The notes beneath the pieces are model-generated. The model was not told the origin of the DNA, made no database searches, and saw nothing but the letters and a program-made list of their open reading frames with translations. Below are positions 27,482 through 36,440 of a stretch of 43,025 bases of DNA, piece by piece; the first letter of the stretch is position 1, and every line of letters begins with the position of its first letter. Both the position numbers and the translations under genes were made by a program. This DNA comes from a virus (Duplodnaviria; Caudoviricetes): IMG/VR virus record IMGVR_UViG_3300031953_000038, positions 1-43,025 of that record, one strand, 5' to 3'.

Positions 27482-28086
27482 GTACATGCATGGTCGAAGA
27501 GTGCGGAATCGCGCCAGCCGCCAAGGGGTACTGCCACCTTCACTACAACCGGTGGAAGCGCCATGGCGACCCGCTCTTGGCTCGCCGAATGTGCCCAAGG
27601 GGCGCGACGGTTTCGGATCGCCTGGTCATTGTCCTAGATCGCTCTGGGGGTCCGGAATCATGCTGGCCCTTTACGGGCGGCGTGAACCGAACCGGATATG
27701 GGCGCATGAAGATTGCCGGGGCCACCAAGGCGGTGCACGTCTGGGCATATGAAGAGGCCAACGGTTCAGTGCCAGCAGGACTCATGGTCCGGCACGCCTG
27801 CGACAACCGAAAGTGCGGCAATCCTCGGCATCTGGTCGCCGGAACGCACCAGGACAACATGGACGACAAGGTCGCGCGAGGCCGCCAATCTCGCCTCAAG
27901 GGGCAGCTGTCTCCCACGTCCATCTTGAGAGATTCGCAGGTGGTTGACATGCGGCGTCGCTACGCGGGCGGCGAGAAAACGGATGCGCTTGCGCAGTCAT
28001 TCGGAGTTAAGGCCGGCACGGTCGGGGCAATTGTCTCCGGGCGCCGCTGGGCGCACCTGCTCAAAGAAAAGGAGGTCGCATCGTGA
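27478..28086 (+). CDS. HNH homing endonuclease
   Basis: C..HY.RW..HG, CWPFTG, GYG, VRHACDNRKC.NP.HL..GT..DN and C-terminal HTH. Confidence 0.92.
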   Translation: MSTCMVEECGIAPAAKGYCHLHYNRWKRHGDPLLARRMCPRGATVSDRLVIVLDRSGGPESCWPFTGGVNRTGYGRMKIAGATKAVHVWAYEEANGSVPAGLMVRHACDNRKCGNPRHLVAGTHQDNMDDKVARGRQSRLKGQLSPTSILRDSQVVDMRRRYAGGEKTDALAQSFGVKAGTVGAIVSGRRWAHLLKEKEVAS

Positions 28087-28436
28087 CCACCACCGAGACC
28101 GAGGACTGGTCGCTGGTCGATCAGGTCAACGCTGACACGTCGCCCGCAAGATCGCTGCACCGTCGCGCCGTACTGCAAGCCATCTACCGCGCCGCCGTCG
28201 AGCATGACGGACTGGTTCACGCCTCATGGGTGCGACCACTGTTGCCCCCCTGGGTGGACGAACACATGCGCGGCGGCATCACATCGGGTCTCGTGGCAAG
28301 CGGCATCCTCGTTTCCCACGGACAGCCGAGGCGGTCGCTGGACAGTAAGAATCGTAATGGCAACCGCTGGCTGTCCACCTACCGCGTCGCCGACATGCCC
28401 GCACTCGCCGCTCACGTGCATGGCGAGGTGGCGTGA
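28083..28436 (+). CDS. Hypothetical protein
   Basis: GTGA-coupled ORF with RBS AGGAGG. Confidence 0.7.
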   Translation: MTTTETEDWSLVDQVNADTSPARSLHRRAVLQAIYRAAVEHDGLVHASWVRPLLPPWVDEHMRGGITSGLVASGILVSHGQPRRSLDSKNRNGNRWLSTYRVADMPALAAHVHGEVA

Positions 28437-28705
28437 TGACCCCGTGGAAGATTTACAAGTTCCCGCTAAAGGGACTCCGCAATCAGGTGGACCTGCCGCG
28501 AGGTGCGCGCATCATCCACGTCGACATTCAGCCAATCGCTGACGGCGGCGCTCTCCTGTTCATCTGGGCTGAGGTCAACGCCCTGGAGCCCAACGAGACG
28601 CGCCAGATCGACGTGCGCCCCACTGGTCAACAGCCGGGCCGCGTTCATCTGGGCACGGTCGTCTGGCACGTCTACGACAACACGCGCATCGAGGCCACCT
28701 CATGA
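28433..28705 (+). CDS. Hypothetical protein (IYKFPL...TG...HLGTV..VWHVY phage family)
   Basis: Recognisable conserved small phage protein pattern. Confidence 0.7.
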   Translation: MMTPWKIYKFPLKGLRNQVDLPRGARIIHVDIQPIADGGALLFIWAEVNALEPNETRQIDVRPTGQQPGRVHLGTVVWHVYDNTRIEATS

Positions 28706-28896
28706 GCAACTTCAACCGGATTAACGTCAAGATTCAGCCCAGCGGAAACGTTCGACTCGTAATCGAGCGCCGGCATGCAGACGGGGGATGCGGCGAGCGA
28801 ATCACCGTCAGCGTCTCTCGCCGGGAATTCGAGCGCGCATTGTCAGCGGCCAGCATTGAGGTTCCCTGGCAAGACGTCAAGGCGAGCATCCGATGA
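28702..28896 (+). CDS. Hypothetical protein
   Basis: ATGA-coupled on both sides. Confidence 0.6.
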   Translation: MSNFNRINVKIQPSGNVRLVIERRHADGGCGERITVSVSRREFERALSAASIEVPWQDVKASIR

Positions 28897-29246
28897 CCGC
28901 GCCCGACCTGACCGCCATTGTGGAGGCCGCTCGGTCTGATGTTACGCAGGCCATTTGCGATCACCGCGCACTCAAGAGCGAGGTCTACTCCCAAGACCTA
29001 GTTGCCGAAGCCGTCACCGCCACCCTGCTCGCCCTGACCCCGATGGTTGATGACTGGGTGGCACTCGCCAAAGACAACGCGGACATCGGCGAACAGGCGG
29101 AGAACCTCAGCGAGAAAGCAAGCGAGCGAGGCGACTACACGGAAGCACTGGCCAGATCAGCGGACGCCCGCGTTGCATACACCGCTGGCCACACGCTCCT
29201 GTCCTGCGCCAACACGTTGCGCAAACTGATCGAGGGTGCGAAGTGA
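28893..29246 (+). CDS. Hypothetical helical protein
   Basis: ATGA/GTGA-coupled. Confidence 0.65.
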   Translation: MTAPDLTAIVEAARSDVTQAICDHRALKSEVYSQDLVAEAVTATLLALTPMVDDWVALAKDNADIGEQAENLSEKASERGDYTEALARSADARVAYTAGHTLLSCANTLRKLIEGAK

Positions 29247-30109
29247 GCCGCATCGAACTGGACTTTGATGAGCAGACGTACCACGCAATGCCCGGCCTCA
29301 GCGGGAGCGGCGTCAAGAAACTGCTCGACTGCCCCGCCGACTTCAAGCGACCCGTCAACGTCACCGAGGCCATGCGCATTGGCACAGCATTCCACGCCCG
29401 GGTGCTCGGCTCCACGATGGAGGTCGAGGTATCCGGCAAGTGGGCGACCGGCAGCGGCGCCGCGGCGAAGACGTGGGCGCTTGACTGCGACGAGCGCGGT
29501 GTGATCCCCGTCATCGAGGCGTGGATCCCCAAGCTTGACGCAATGGAGGCCGCGCTCAAGGCCAACACCCGCGCCGCGCGCCTCATGTACGGACTGCCCG
29601 GCACCAACGAGGCGTCGCTGTTCTCCGAGTGGGACGGCGTGACCGTGCGCGGACGTGCCGACCGGATCGTGGACTGGCCGGACGGCGGCATTGCGGTGGC
29701 CGATCTCAAGACCACCGCGGATCCCGCACGCGCCGACTACGAGAAGGCGATCTTTGAGCGCGGCTACGACGCACAGGTGGTCATGTACGAGCGGCTGGCA
29801 TGTGAGGCGATGGGGCGCAGGGCATCGCAGACCCCGTTCATCGTCGCCGTGGGCACCGCCGAACCTCACCGCGTCGTGGTCTACCAACTCTCGGACACGG
29901 ACGCCGAGTACGCATCCGCGATGGTCGACCGCGCCGTCGCCCTGTACGAGGCGTGCACGGCCCGCAACGAATGGCCCGACTGGGACGCCGACGCGCTGGT
30001 CGTGCCGCGAGCCCCGGTCTGGGTCGAGCGCCAGCGTGAGCGCACGCAAGACGCGGCGACCGCATGGGTCGACGCAACAACTAACACCGGCATGGAGGCC
30101 ACAGCATGA
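29243..30109 (+). CDS. recE: RecE-like PD-(D/E)XK exonuclease
   Basis: YHA..GLS.S..K, GTAFHA..L, RGRAD, DLKTT and GY..Q..MY motifs. Confidence 0.9.
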   Translation: MSRIELDFDEQTYHAMPGLSGSGVKKLLDCPADFKRPVNVTEAMRIGTAFHARVLGSTMEVEVSGKWATGSGAAAKTWALDCDERGVIPVIEAWIPKLDAMEAALKANTRAARLMYGLPGTNEASLFSEWDGVTVRGRADRIVDWPDGGIAVADLKTTADPARADYEKAIFERGYDAQVVMYERLACEAMGRRASQTPFIVAVGTAEPHRVVVYQLSDTDAEYASAMVDRAVALYEACTARNEWPDWDADALVVPRAPVWVERQRERTQDAATAWVDATTNTGMEATA

Positions 30110-30978
30110 GCAAGGAAATGGTGCAGTCATCGACTGCCGAAAAGATCGACTGGGCGCGCAACCTCGCCGTTGCCGACCTGCTGCCAAAGCAGTACCGGGA
30201 CAAGCCGGGCAACCTGCTCATGGCCGCCGAGTACGCCGACTCGCTGGGCATCTCGCGCATGAACGCGCTGACCAGCATCCACATTGTGGAGGGCAAGCCG
30301 ACGGCCAGCGCCGACCTAATCGCCGGACTGGTGAGACGTGCCGGCCACAAGCTGCGCGTCTCCGGCAATGACACCGAGGCTGTCGCGCAGATCATCCGTG
30401 CCGATGACCCCGAGTACACCTACGAGGTGCGCTGGGACATCAAGCGGGCGCAGGTCGCAGGACTTGCCGGCAAGAACGTGTGGAAGAACTACCCCGCCGC
30501 GATGCTCCGCTCTCGCGCCATCACCGAGGTGGCCCGCATGGGTGCGTCCGACTGCCTGCTGGGCATCATCTACACCGCTGAGGAAATGGGCGCGACGGTT
30601 GACCAGACGGGCGCCGTGGTCGAGGCCAGGCAGACCACCACCGCTGACGATGTGCTCGCCGCGCCCGAGCCGGTGGAGTCCGAACCCGAGGTGGTTGAGG
30701 CCGAGGTGGTCGAGGATGATCCGGTCGAGACGCCCGACGCCCCAGCCAAGGCCACCACAGCCCAGGTCGCGCAGATCAAACGTGGCGTCACGGCTAACGC
30801 CATCGGCAACGAAGCGGCTAAGGCAATGCTCCAGCGCGTGACCGGCCGCGACGATGCGACCACCGCGAACCTGACCGGCGACGAGGCTACGGCGATCCTG
30901 GCCGAGCTCGCAGCGTTCGAGGGTCCGGCCGCCGCTTCAGCAGACACGGCACGCGCCGCGATTGGGGCGACAGCATGA
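30106..30978 (+). CDS. recT: RecT-like single-strand annealing protein
   Basis: LLP.QYR.KPGN, I..VEGKP, W.NYP.AML..RA..E.AR and Y..EE motifs; follows the exonuclease. Confidence 0.85.
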   Translation: MSKEMVQSSTAEKIDWARNLAVADLLPKQYRDKPGNLLMAAEYADSLGISRMNALTSIHIVEGKPTASADLIAGLVRRAGHKLRVSGNDTEAVAQIIRADDPEYTYEVRWDIKRAQVAGLAGKNVWKNYPAAMLRSRAITEVARMGASDCLLGIIYTAEEMGATVDQTGAVVEARQTTTADDVLAAPEPVESEPEVVEAEVVEDDPVETPDAPAKATTAQVAQIKRGVTANAIGNEAAKAMLQRVTGRDDATTANLTGDEATAILAELAAFEGPAAASADTARAAIGATA

Positions 30979-31463
30979 CCCGCCTCGCGTTCCCTCGCAT
31001 CACGACTGTGCTACTCGTCCTGGGCACCGCACTGGTCATCGCTGGTTGGTGGTCTCCTGCCGCTGCCAGTTGGGCGCAGATCGTCCTGGCGCTCACCATC
31101 GCGTTCATCCTCATTGCCCGCCAGTGGGAGCGGGACCGTGAAGCCGAGCGCCGGGATGAGATGGCGGGGAAGGTCAAGGACGAACGGGATTCGTCTCGCA
31201 TCGTGACCAGCCTGTACCGCGAGGGCTCAAAGATGATGGACGAACGCCACACCAAGCAGTTAGCCAACGTCGCACAAGAGGCCGACGCCCGCCTCTGCGA
31301 GCGTGACACCTCAGCCGCCCACATCGCCCATGCCTGGGCATCAACCCTGCGACCCACCACCGCCGCCAATAAAGCGCGCGACTGGATGGACGACCGCAGC
31401 TGCTATTCCACCACCGTTGTAGCCGCCATGTTGGCACGCGCAGAAGAAGGGAAGAAGTCATGA
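30975..31463 (+). CDS. Membrane protein (2 N-terminal TMs)
   Basis: Hydrophobic N-terminus; ATGA-coupled. Confidence 0.7.
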   Translation: MTRLAFPRITTVLLVLGTALVIAGWWSPAAASWAQIVLALTIAFILIARQWERDREAERRDEMAGKVKDERDSSRIVTSLYREGSKMMDERHTKQLANVAQEADARLCERDTSAAHIAHAWASTLRPTTAANKARDWMDDRSCYSTTVVAAMLARAEEGKKS

Positions 31464-31552
31464 AGCACGCAACCCGCCACCCCCGCAACGCCCGTTGGAT
31501 CATCATCGCCGTCGTGTTGGGGCTGACTGTCGGAATCGTGGTCGGCTCATGA
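31460..31552 (+). CDS. 30-aa single-TM peptide (MKHATRHPRNARWIIIAVVLGLTVGIVVGS)
   Basis: ATGA overlaps at both ends; not in ORF track. Confidence 0.55.
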   Translation: MKHATRHPRNARWIIIAVVLGLTVGIVVGS

Positions 31553-32103
31553 GCGGGGACATCTCGGGCGTATTGGCATACTGCGAGGCCACAAAGAAGC
31601 GGCTCATGGCCAAGGTTCGCAAGGACTCAGGAACTGGGTGCTGGATTTTTACTGGCTGGCTCGACCCTGGCGGCTATGGGCGCTGCTCCTTTGGGGGGAA
31701 AACCCAAAGGGCGCACCGAGTTTCTTACCGGCTGTTCATTGGCGACATCCCCGCTGGCCTGGAACTCGACCACCTGTGCCGGGTCAGGGAGTGCGTGAAC
31801 CCCCATCACTTAGAGGCGGTGACTCCGAGTCAAAACCGACTCCGTAGCCGCAACGGGTTCGAACTATCCGGGCGATGCAGGTCGGGGCTTCATGACGTCT
31901 CCCAGCCGGGGGCGGTATCGAGCTGGCCCAACGGCGATCGACGATGCCGCCAATGCCGACTGGAACGTGACCGCGATCGGGCAAAAACCATCAAGCAGGC
32001 CCGCAAGGCACTAGGGATGACCTACAGCGAATACGCCGCCAAATATGGGTACTCAATGTCGACCGCCAAGCAAGCCGCCGCCGGAATCCAGGTGCGGTCA
32101 TGA
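31549..32103 (+). CDS. HNH endonuclease
   Basis: CWIFTG...GYG...AHRVSY...LDHLCRVRECVNPHHLEAVT..QN. Confidence 0.92.
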   Translation: MSGDISGVLAYCEATKKRLMAKVRKDSGTGCWIFTGWLDPGGYGRCSFGGKTQRAHRVSYRLFIGDIPAGLELDHLCRVRECVNPHHLEAVTPSQNRLRSRNGFELSGRCRSGLHDVSQPGAVSSWPNGDRRCRQCRLERDRDRAKTIKQARKALGMTYSEYAAKYGYSMSTAKQAAAGIQVRS

Positions 32104-32342
32104 CTGGCAACGAAGCGCCACTGTTCCGTTTCTCGATGTGGGCAGTTGCCCGACGAGACGACCCGTACTACTACACCAACTGGGATGGAAAGCAGCAAAT
32201 TACCGTCCTCGCGAGGACCAAACAAGAGGCCATCAACCTCGCCGACGCCGCACTCGGGGGCAAGCCTGGGCGCTACCACCACTGGACGTTCAAGATCCGC
32301 GAAGTCACGGACAGCCGTATCCCCGGCGAGGTGCAGTCATGA
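32100..32342 (+). CDS. Hypothetical protein
   Basis: ATGA-coupled. Confidence 0.65.
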   Translation: MTGNEAPLFRFSMWAVARRDDPYYYTNWDGKQQITVLARTKQEAINLADAALGGKPGRYHHWTFKIREVTDSRIPGEVQS

Positions 32343-32776
32343 CCGCCGCCAACAAAGCCCGCGCCTGGTGCTCGGAGCCGCTGATCGAGTGGACACCTGA
32401 GCTGTTGCCGGGATACGGGGAAGCAATGGACGCCATTGCCCAGGGCAAGCGTCCGACATATCCAGGGTTGCCCGAGGTCTCCATCGGCGACAGTGTGCCG
32501 GTGAAGTTGCGTCGACCACGCCGACCAGTAGATATGGCAGACCTTAAGGCCCGTCTCGCGAAGGTGGATGCCCAGTTGCTCGCCTTTGATGACGGTGTGC
32601 CAGCCGACCGTGCCGCCGCGTGGATGAACACCGGCACCAAATCAGGGCGCGCGATGGCACGCAAGCACTACGCAAACTTGGACGCCCAGTTGATCGCATA
32701 CACGCGACTCACGGCCCGGCGCACCACCTTGCTGAACAAGATCAACCGCGGCCACAAAACAGGAGTCACCTCATGA
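32339..32776 (+). CDS. Hypothetical protein
   Basis: ATG 32339 (MTAANKARAW) with RBS GAGG; ATGA-coupled. Confidence 0.65.
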   Translation: MTAANKARAWCSEPLIEWTPELLPGYGEAMDAIAQGKRPTYPGLPEVSIGDSVPVKLRRPRRPVDMADLKARLAKVDAQLLAFDDGVPADRAAAWMNTGTKSGRAMARKHYANLDAQLIAYTRLTARRTTLLNKINRGHKTGVTS

Positions 32777-32877
32777 CCCGCGCCCTGACCATCACCGCGG
32801 CTACCGTCGCGCTGTCCATCGCCGCACTGTACGCCGCCCGATGCGTACTCGTGCACGGCATTGATTGGCGGGCGTGA
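32773..32877 (+). CDS. 34-aa membrane peptide
   Basis: RBS AGGAG; MTRALTITAATVALSIAALYAA hydrophobic segment. Confidence 0.55.
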   Translation: MTRALTITAATVALSIAALYAARCVLVHGIDWRA

Positions 32878-33245
32878 TGGGCGACCTGCTCGAGCAACTG
32901 GACTTGCTCACGGCACGCGAGAACCCCACCACCGGCAACCCGGACGTTCGCGACACCAGCACCGGCCAGGCTTGGCCCAAGTGGGACCGATGCCCAGGCT
33001 GCAATCAAATGGGATGGGGCGCGTGCTTCCCGAGGCTCGACCACCAGCGCCGTGAACTGCGCACCATCGAAGGCTGGCTCACCATCGCATCATGCGAGTG
33101 TGGCCGGCTCCGCTGGTACGGCATGGAACGCCGCGACGGTGACCACTGGCTCAACCACACGCCAGCCGTCTGGGGACCAATCGTCCCGCGCCCTGACGTG
33201 GACGCATGGATGGCTGGTGCCGATCGTGCCGAGGTGCTGGCATGA
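32877..33245 (+). CDS. Hypothetical protein
   Basis: TGATG overlap; CPGC and CEC motifs. Confidence 0.6.
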   Translation: MGDLLEQLDLLTARENPTTGNPDVRDTSTGQAWPKWDRCPGCNQMGWGACFPRLDHQRRELRTIEGWLTIASCECGRLRWYGMERRDGDHWLNHTPAVWGPIVPRPDVDAWMAGADRAEVLA

Positions 33246-33481
33246 ACAACTGGACACTCGACGCCCTGTGCGCACAGACCGATCCCGAACTGTTCTTCCC
33301 GGCCAAGGGCGAGAACCCCAACCTCGGCAAGTCAATCTGCGCGACGTGTCCCGTCATCGAGCCTTGCCGAGCCTACGCAATAGCCGACCCATCACTAACC
33401 GGCACATGGGGCGGGCTCACGCGACAGGACCGCAAGTACGCACGCCGAGCATTGGTAAACACCGAAAGGCAAGCAGCATGA
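33242..33481 (+). CDS. whiB: WhiB-family transcription factor
   Basis: ALCAQTDPELFFP...C..CPV...C...G.WGG. Confidence 0.95.
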   Translation: MNNWTLDALCAQTDPELFFPAKGENPNLGKSICATCPVIEPCRAYAIADPSLTGTWGGLTRQDRKYARRALVNTERQAA

Positions 33482-33660
33482 ACCCCCCATGCCCAACCTG
33501 CACCCACTGGCACGACCCGTCATGGGTGCGCGCTCAGGGAAGATTCCACGCAACCGGAACCATCGGCTACCGGGCCGCAACACCCGACGCACCGTTACGT
33601 GCCACCCGCGCCGAGGCTGAGGCAGACGCGTGTGCGGCCATGGCTGGGGGGTCGGCGTGA
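33478..33660 (+). CDS. Hypothetical protein
   Basis: ATGA-coupled; MNPPCPTC start. Confidence 0.55.
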   Translation: MNPPCPTCTHWHDPSWVRAQGRFHATGTIGYRAATPDAPLRATRAEAEADACAAMAGGSA

Positions 33661-34142
33661 GTGCCCTACCTCCCGTACTCGATCCAGCATCGGCGTCGCG
33701 AATGATGTGGTTCAACAAGACCGACCCGCGTGCACTGTTCGGCGATGCTCGAGATGAGGTTCACGAGCTCTGCGACGGACGCACACTCACGGTCCACCCC
33801 GATCAAGTGATGGACTTCCGATCGCTGCCATTCGGCGACGCATCGTTCTGGCATGTCGTGTTCGATCCTCCCCACCTCAATCGGCTCGGTAAAGACTCGT
33901 TCATGGCGCAGAAGTACGGGCGCCTCGCGACGTCATGGAAAGACGACCTCGAGGCCGGATTCGCCGAATGCTTCCGAGTGCTCAAGCCAGGCGGGACCCT
34001 CGTCTTCAAGTGGAACGAGGACCAAATCCCGGTGGCTGACGTTCTGGCGCTAACTCCCGAAAAACCGCTCTATGGACACCGGTCTGGACGGCTCTCAAAG
34101 ACGCACTGGATCTCGTTCATTAAGGAGCCAGCCAATGCATAA
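33657..34142 (+). CDS. SAM-dependent (probable amino-DNA) methyltransferase
   Basis: VLDP...SRMMWF.K, VFDPPH and ECFRVLKPGG.L.FKW motifs. Confidence 0.88.
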   Translation: MSALPPVLDPASASRMMWFNKTDPRALFGDARDEVHELCDGRTLTVHPDQVMDFRSLPFGDASFWHVVFDPPHLNRLGKDSFMAQKYGRLATSWKDDLEAGFAECFRVLKPGGTLVFKWNEDQIPVADVLALTPEKPLYGHRSGRLSKTHWISFIKEPANA

Positions 34143-34278
34143 ATGTGACCCCTGCGAAATGGGTGACTGCTACTCGTGCGAAGGCGACCCGTGCCAATGC
34201 GGCCACCTCTGCCGCTGCGGACGTGACCCACTCGACTGCATCTGCGACCGGGCGTGGGAAGAGAGGGGCGAGGAATGA
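34135..34278 (+). CDS. 47-aa Cys-rich microprotein (10 Cys)
   Basis: RBS AAGGAG; MHKCDPCEMGDCYSCEGDPCQCGHLCRC... Confidence 0.65.
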   Translation: MHKCDPCEMGDCYSCEGDPCQCGHLCRCGRDPLDCICDRAWEERGEE

Positions 34279-34727
34279 CACGCCGCGCAACCATCCAATC
34301 GTCACTGAACCCAGCCGCCCACCACAGCAACCGACGCCCATACGAACGCATCCGGACAATCGTCCGGGCAGCCGAGAGCGGCAAGACGTTCACCGAACCA
34401 AGACCACCCAGGAGGAAAACCGTGAACATCGGGAGCATCGAAAAGCGAACGCCCAAAGCGCGGGCCGTCACCCCCGTCACGCCGCGCACGCCGGGCGAAC
34501 GCATCGCATACACGCTCGTCAACTGTGACGACCCATTCGACTCGCAAGTACCCGCACGCGACTTCACCAAACGCGAGCTCGCGACTGCACAACAGGCAGG
34601 CACCCGCTGGCTCAAGCGCACCGGACGCGGCGACCTGAGCCTGTCATTTAGGCGCAACGGTCAGGGCGCCGTGTGGACGCTGCGACAGAAGCCCGACACG
34701 ACCACCACCAAGGAGAACATCGCATGA
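34275..34727 (+). CDS. Hypothetical basic protein (alternative internal GTG start at 34422)
   Basis: ATGA-coupled; internal AGGAGG RBS precedes the in-frame GTG. Confidence 0.6.
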   Translation: MTRRATIQSSLNPAAHHSNRRPYERIRTIVRAAESGKTFTEPRPPRRKTVNIGSIEKRTPKARAVTPVTPRTPGERIAYTLVNCDDPFDSQVPARDFTKRELATAQQAGTRWLKRTGRGDLSLSFRRNGQGAVWTLRQKPDTTTTKENIA

Positions 34728-34813
34728 GCAACACGATCACACAGTCACCCGCACCGGCCGCGAATGACCCGTGGGCATCGGCGCCGGTTCAGGAAGAGGG
34801 GCCGTCATGGTGA
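34724..34813 (+). pseudogene. Internally deleted SSB relic or SSB C-tail micropeptide (29 aa)
   Basis: RBS AAGGAG; MSNTIT-QSPAPAANDPWASAPVQEEGPSW resembles an SSB N-terminus fused to an SSB tail (DPW...acidic-P-aromatic). Confidence 0.6.
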
Positions 34814-35244
34814 GTGACACAACCGAAGGCCGCGCGCTACTGGCGGCGGCGACACCGGGGCCGTGGGAATGGGTAGGTGACTCGTTTGACGACGAGCCTC
34901 ACGTCTGCCCGCATGACAGCGAATGGTGCGACCACGGGCCAGACCTAGAGACCGTTGCGAAGTTGCCAGCCTGGGATGACGGGTCGATAAGCCCGGACAC
35001 GAACGTCCTGAGCGCCTTTGGTTATGACGCATCCGGCATCAACATTAAGTCTGCCGACGCCAACCTCATCGCGTACTTAGTGAACAACGCCCCGGCCATG
35101 CTCGACGCCCTCGTCGCGGTGGAGCGGGTGCGTGAGTTGCACGGTCGCGTATTCGACGCACCGGGTCTGCCCACGTGCCGCGAGTGCATGTGTGACTATC
35201 CCTGCCCCACCCGCGAGACCCTAGACGGTGACCGCGATGAGTGA
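34807..35244 (+). CDS. Hypothetical protein (AATPGPW, Ead/Ea22-like N-terminus)
   Basis: AATPGPW...ADA.LIA...N motif and C-terminal C..C...YPC.T. Confidence 0.7.
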   Translation: MVSDTTEGRALLAAATPGPWEWVGDSFDDEPHVCPHDSEWCDHGPDLETVAKLPAWDDGSISPDTNVLSAFGYDASGINIKSADANLIAYLVNNAPAMLDALVAVERVRELHGRVFDAPGLPTCRECMCDYPCPTRETLDGDRDE

Positions 35245-35695
35245 GCCACTAAGGGTTCTGACGGTGCGCCAACCGTGGGCATGGGCAATAATCCATGGCC
35301 AGAAAGATGTTGAGAACCGGGTACGCAATATTGCGGGCTCATATCGTGGGCCGGTCGCGATCCATGCGGCATTAACCGGCGCGAACTTTGACTGGCGACA
35401 CCCGGACCTGTGGCCGTTCGATAAGCGACACATCACAGGCCACATCATCGGCGTGGTCGACCTGTGGAACGTTCACCATGCGTCCGACTGCCTAACCGAT
35501 GCCGAGATCCTGCCGGGCACATTTGTCGCCGAGGGACCGTGCTCCCCGTGGGCCGAAGAGGACAACGTCTACCACATCATGCTCCGCAACCCCCAGGTAC
35601 TCACCACCCCGGTCCCATACAGGGGCGCCCTGGGGCTCCGAAGGATGGCGCCTCACTTCGAGGCGCTCGTGTGGGAGCAGGTGCGCGATGAGTGA
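35237..35695 (+). CDS. ASCH domain protein
   Basis: LTVRQPWAWAI..G.KDVENR, YRGPVAIHA, G.IIGVVDL and P.PYRG.LGL motifs. Confidence 0.92.
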   Translation: MSEPLRVLTVRQPWAWAIIHGQKDVENRVRNIAGSYRGPVAIHAALTGANFDWRHPDLWPFDKRHITGHIIGVVDLWNVHHASDCLTDAEILPGTFVAEGPCSPWAEEDNVYHIMLRNPQVLTTPVPYRGALGLRRMAPHFEALVWEQVRDE

Positions 35696-35861
35696 GACCA
35701 CGCAAACCGGCATCCCCATCATCGACTGCGAGATATGCGGCTATCGGCACCCGTCGCACACGCAGCACTGCATCACTTGTGGCAAGCCATCACGGTTCAT
35801 CTTCGACGGCGTGTGCATCGGATGCGCCCCCGTTGAGCCGCCCAAGGAGTCGCTGTGGTAG
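35688..35861 (+). CDS. Small Zn-ribbon protein
   Basis: Three CxxC pairs in 57 aa. Confidence 0.6.
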   Translation: MSETTQTGIPIIDCEICGYRHPSHTQHCITCGKPSRFIFDGVCIGCAPVEPPKESLW

Positions 35862-36067
35862 CCGAGAACGCTGGACTATTCCCCGAGGCCGTGAGCATCT
35901 GGGCGCCCTGGTGCACAGACCACATGCACGTGACCATCACCTACAATCCCTGGCTTGGCGAGTCATTTTGCCTATGCGGTCAGACACGTGTCATTGGCCG
36001 GACCCTCAACTCATCCGAGGCTTGCGAACTTATTGCCGAGGCGAACGCCTGGAGGGATGGCAAGTGA
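35855..36067 (+). CDS. Hypothetical protein
   Basis: RBS AAGGAG; HVTITYNPW...FCLCG. Confidence 0.6.
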   Translation: MVAENAGLFPEAVSIWAPWCTDHMHVTITYNPWLGESFCLCGQTRVIGRTLNSSEACELIAEANAWRDGK

Positions 36068-36210
36068 CGCCCACCACCTGCCCGACGTGCCACGCAACCA
36101 TCGCGCCCAACGTGGACAAACACACGTGCCCCAAACGGCGCGACATTAAGCGCGAACGGGAACGGGCCCAGAGGCTATTCGGAATTGGGCCAGATAGGGG
36201 ACGACCGTGA
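36064..36210 (+). CDS. Hypothetical protein (CPTC...H.C)
   Basis: RBS GGAGG; GTGA-coupled. Confidence 0.55.
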   Translation: MTPTTCPTCHATIAPNVDKHTCPKRRDIKRERERAQRLFGIGPDRGRP

Positions 36211-36440
36211 TTACCGACTGGCGATCGATCTACATTGTCGACACGCGCGGCTGGTTCCCGCGTGCCAAAGTGCGCGCCGGGAAGATGCGGCGTGATGGCC
36301 GCCACTGGATCGTGGAGTACGACGGCGACCAATGCACCTGCTACACCCACGCCGCCGCCATCACCATCGCCACCGACATGACGCACGGCCAGGCATGGGA
36401 CGGGCGACTCGCATTCGCCGTGCAGAGGAGGGTGCGATGA
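36207..36440 (+). CDS. Hypothetical protein
   Basis: GTGA/ATGA-coupled. Confidence 0.55.
   Translation: MITDWRSIYIVDTRGWFPRAKVRAGKMRRDGRHWIVEYDGDQCTCYTHAAAITIATDMTHGQAWDGRLAFAVQRRVR

Noticed and set aside
29135-30187. Long antisense/alternate-frame ORFs (e.g. 29135-30187, 1564-2226, 11405-12115, 21492-22409, 40690-41412)
   Set aside because: Shadow ORFs of real genes in high-GC DNA; no RBS or motifs, and Arg/Pro-rich composition.
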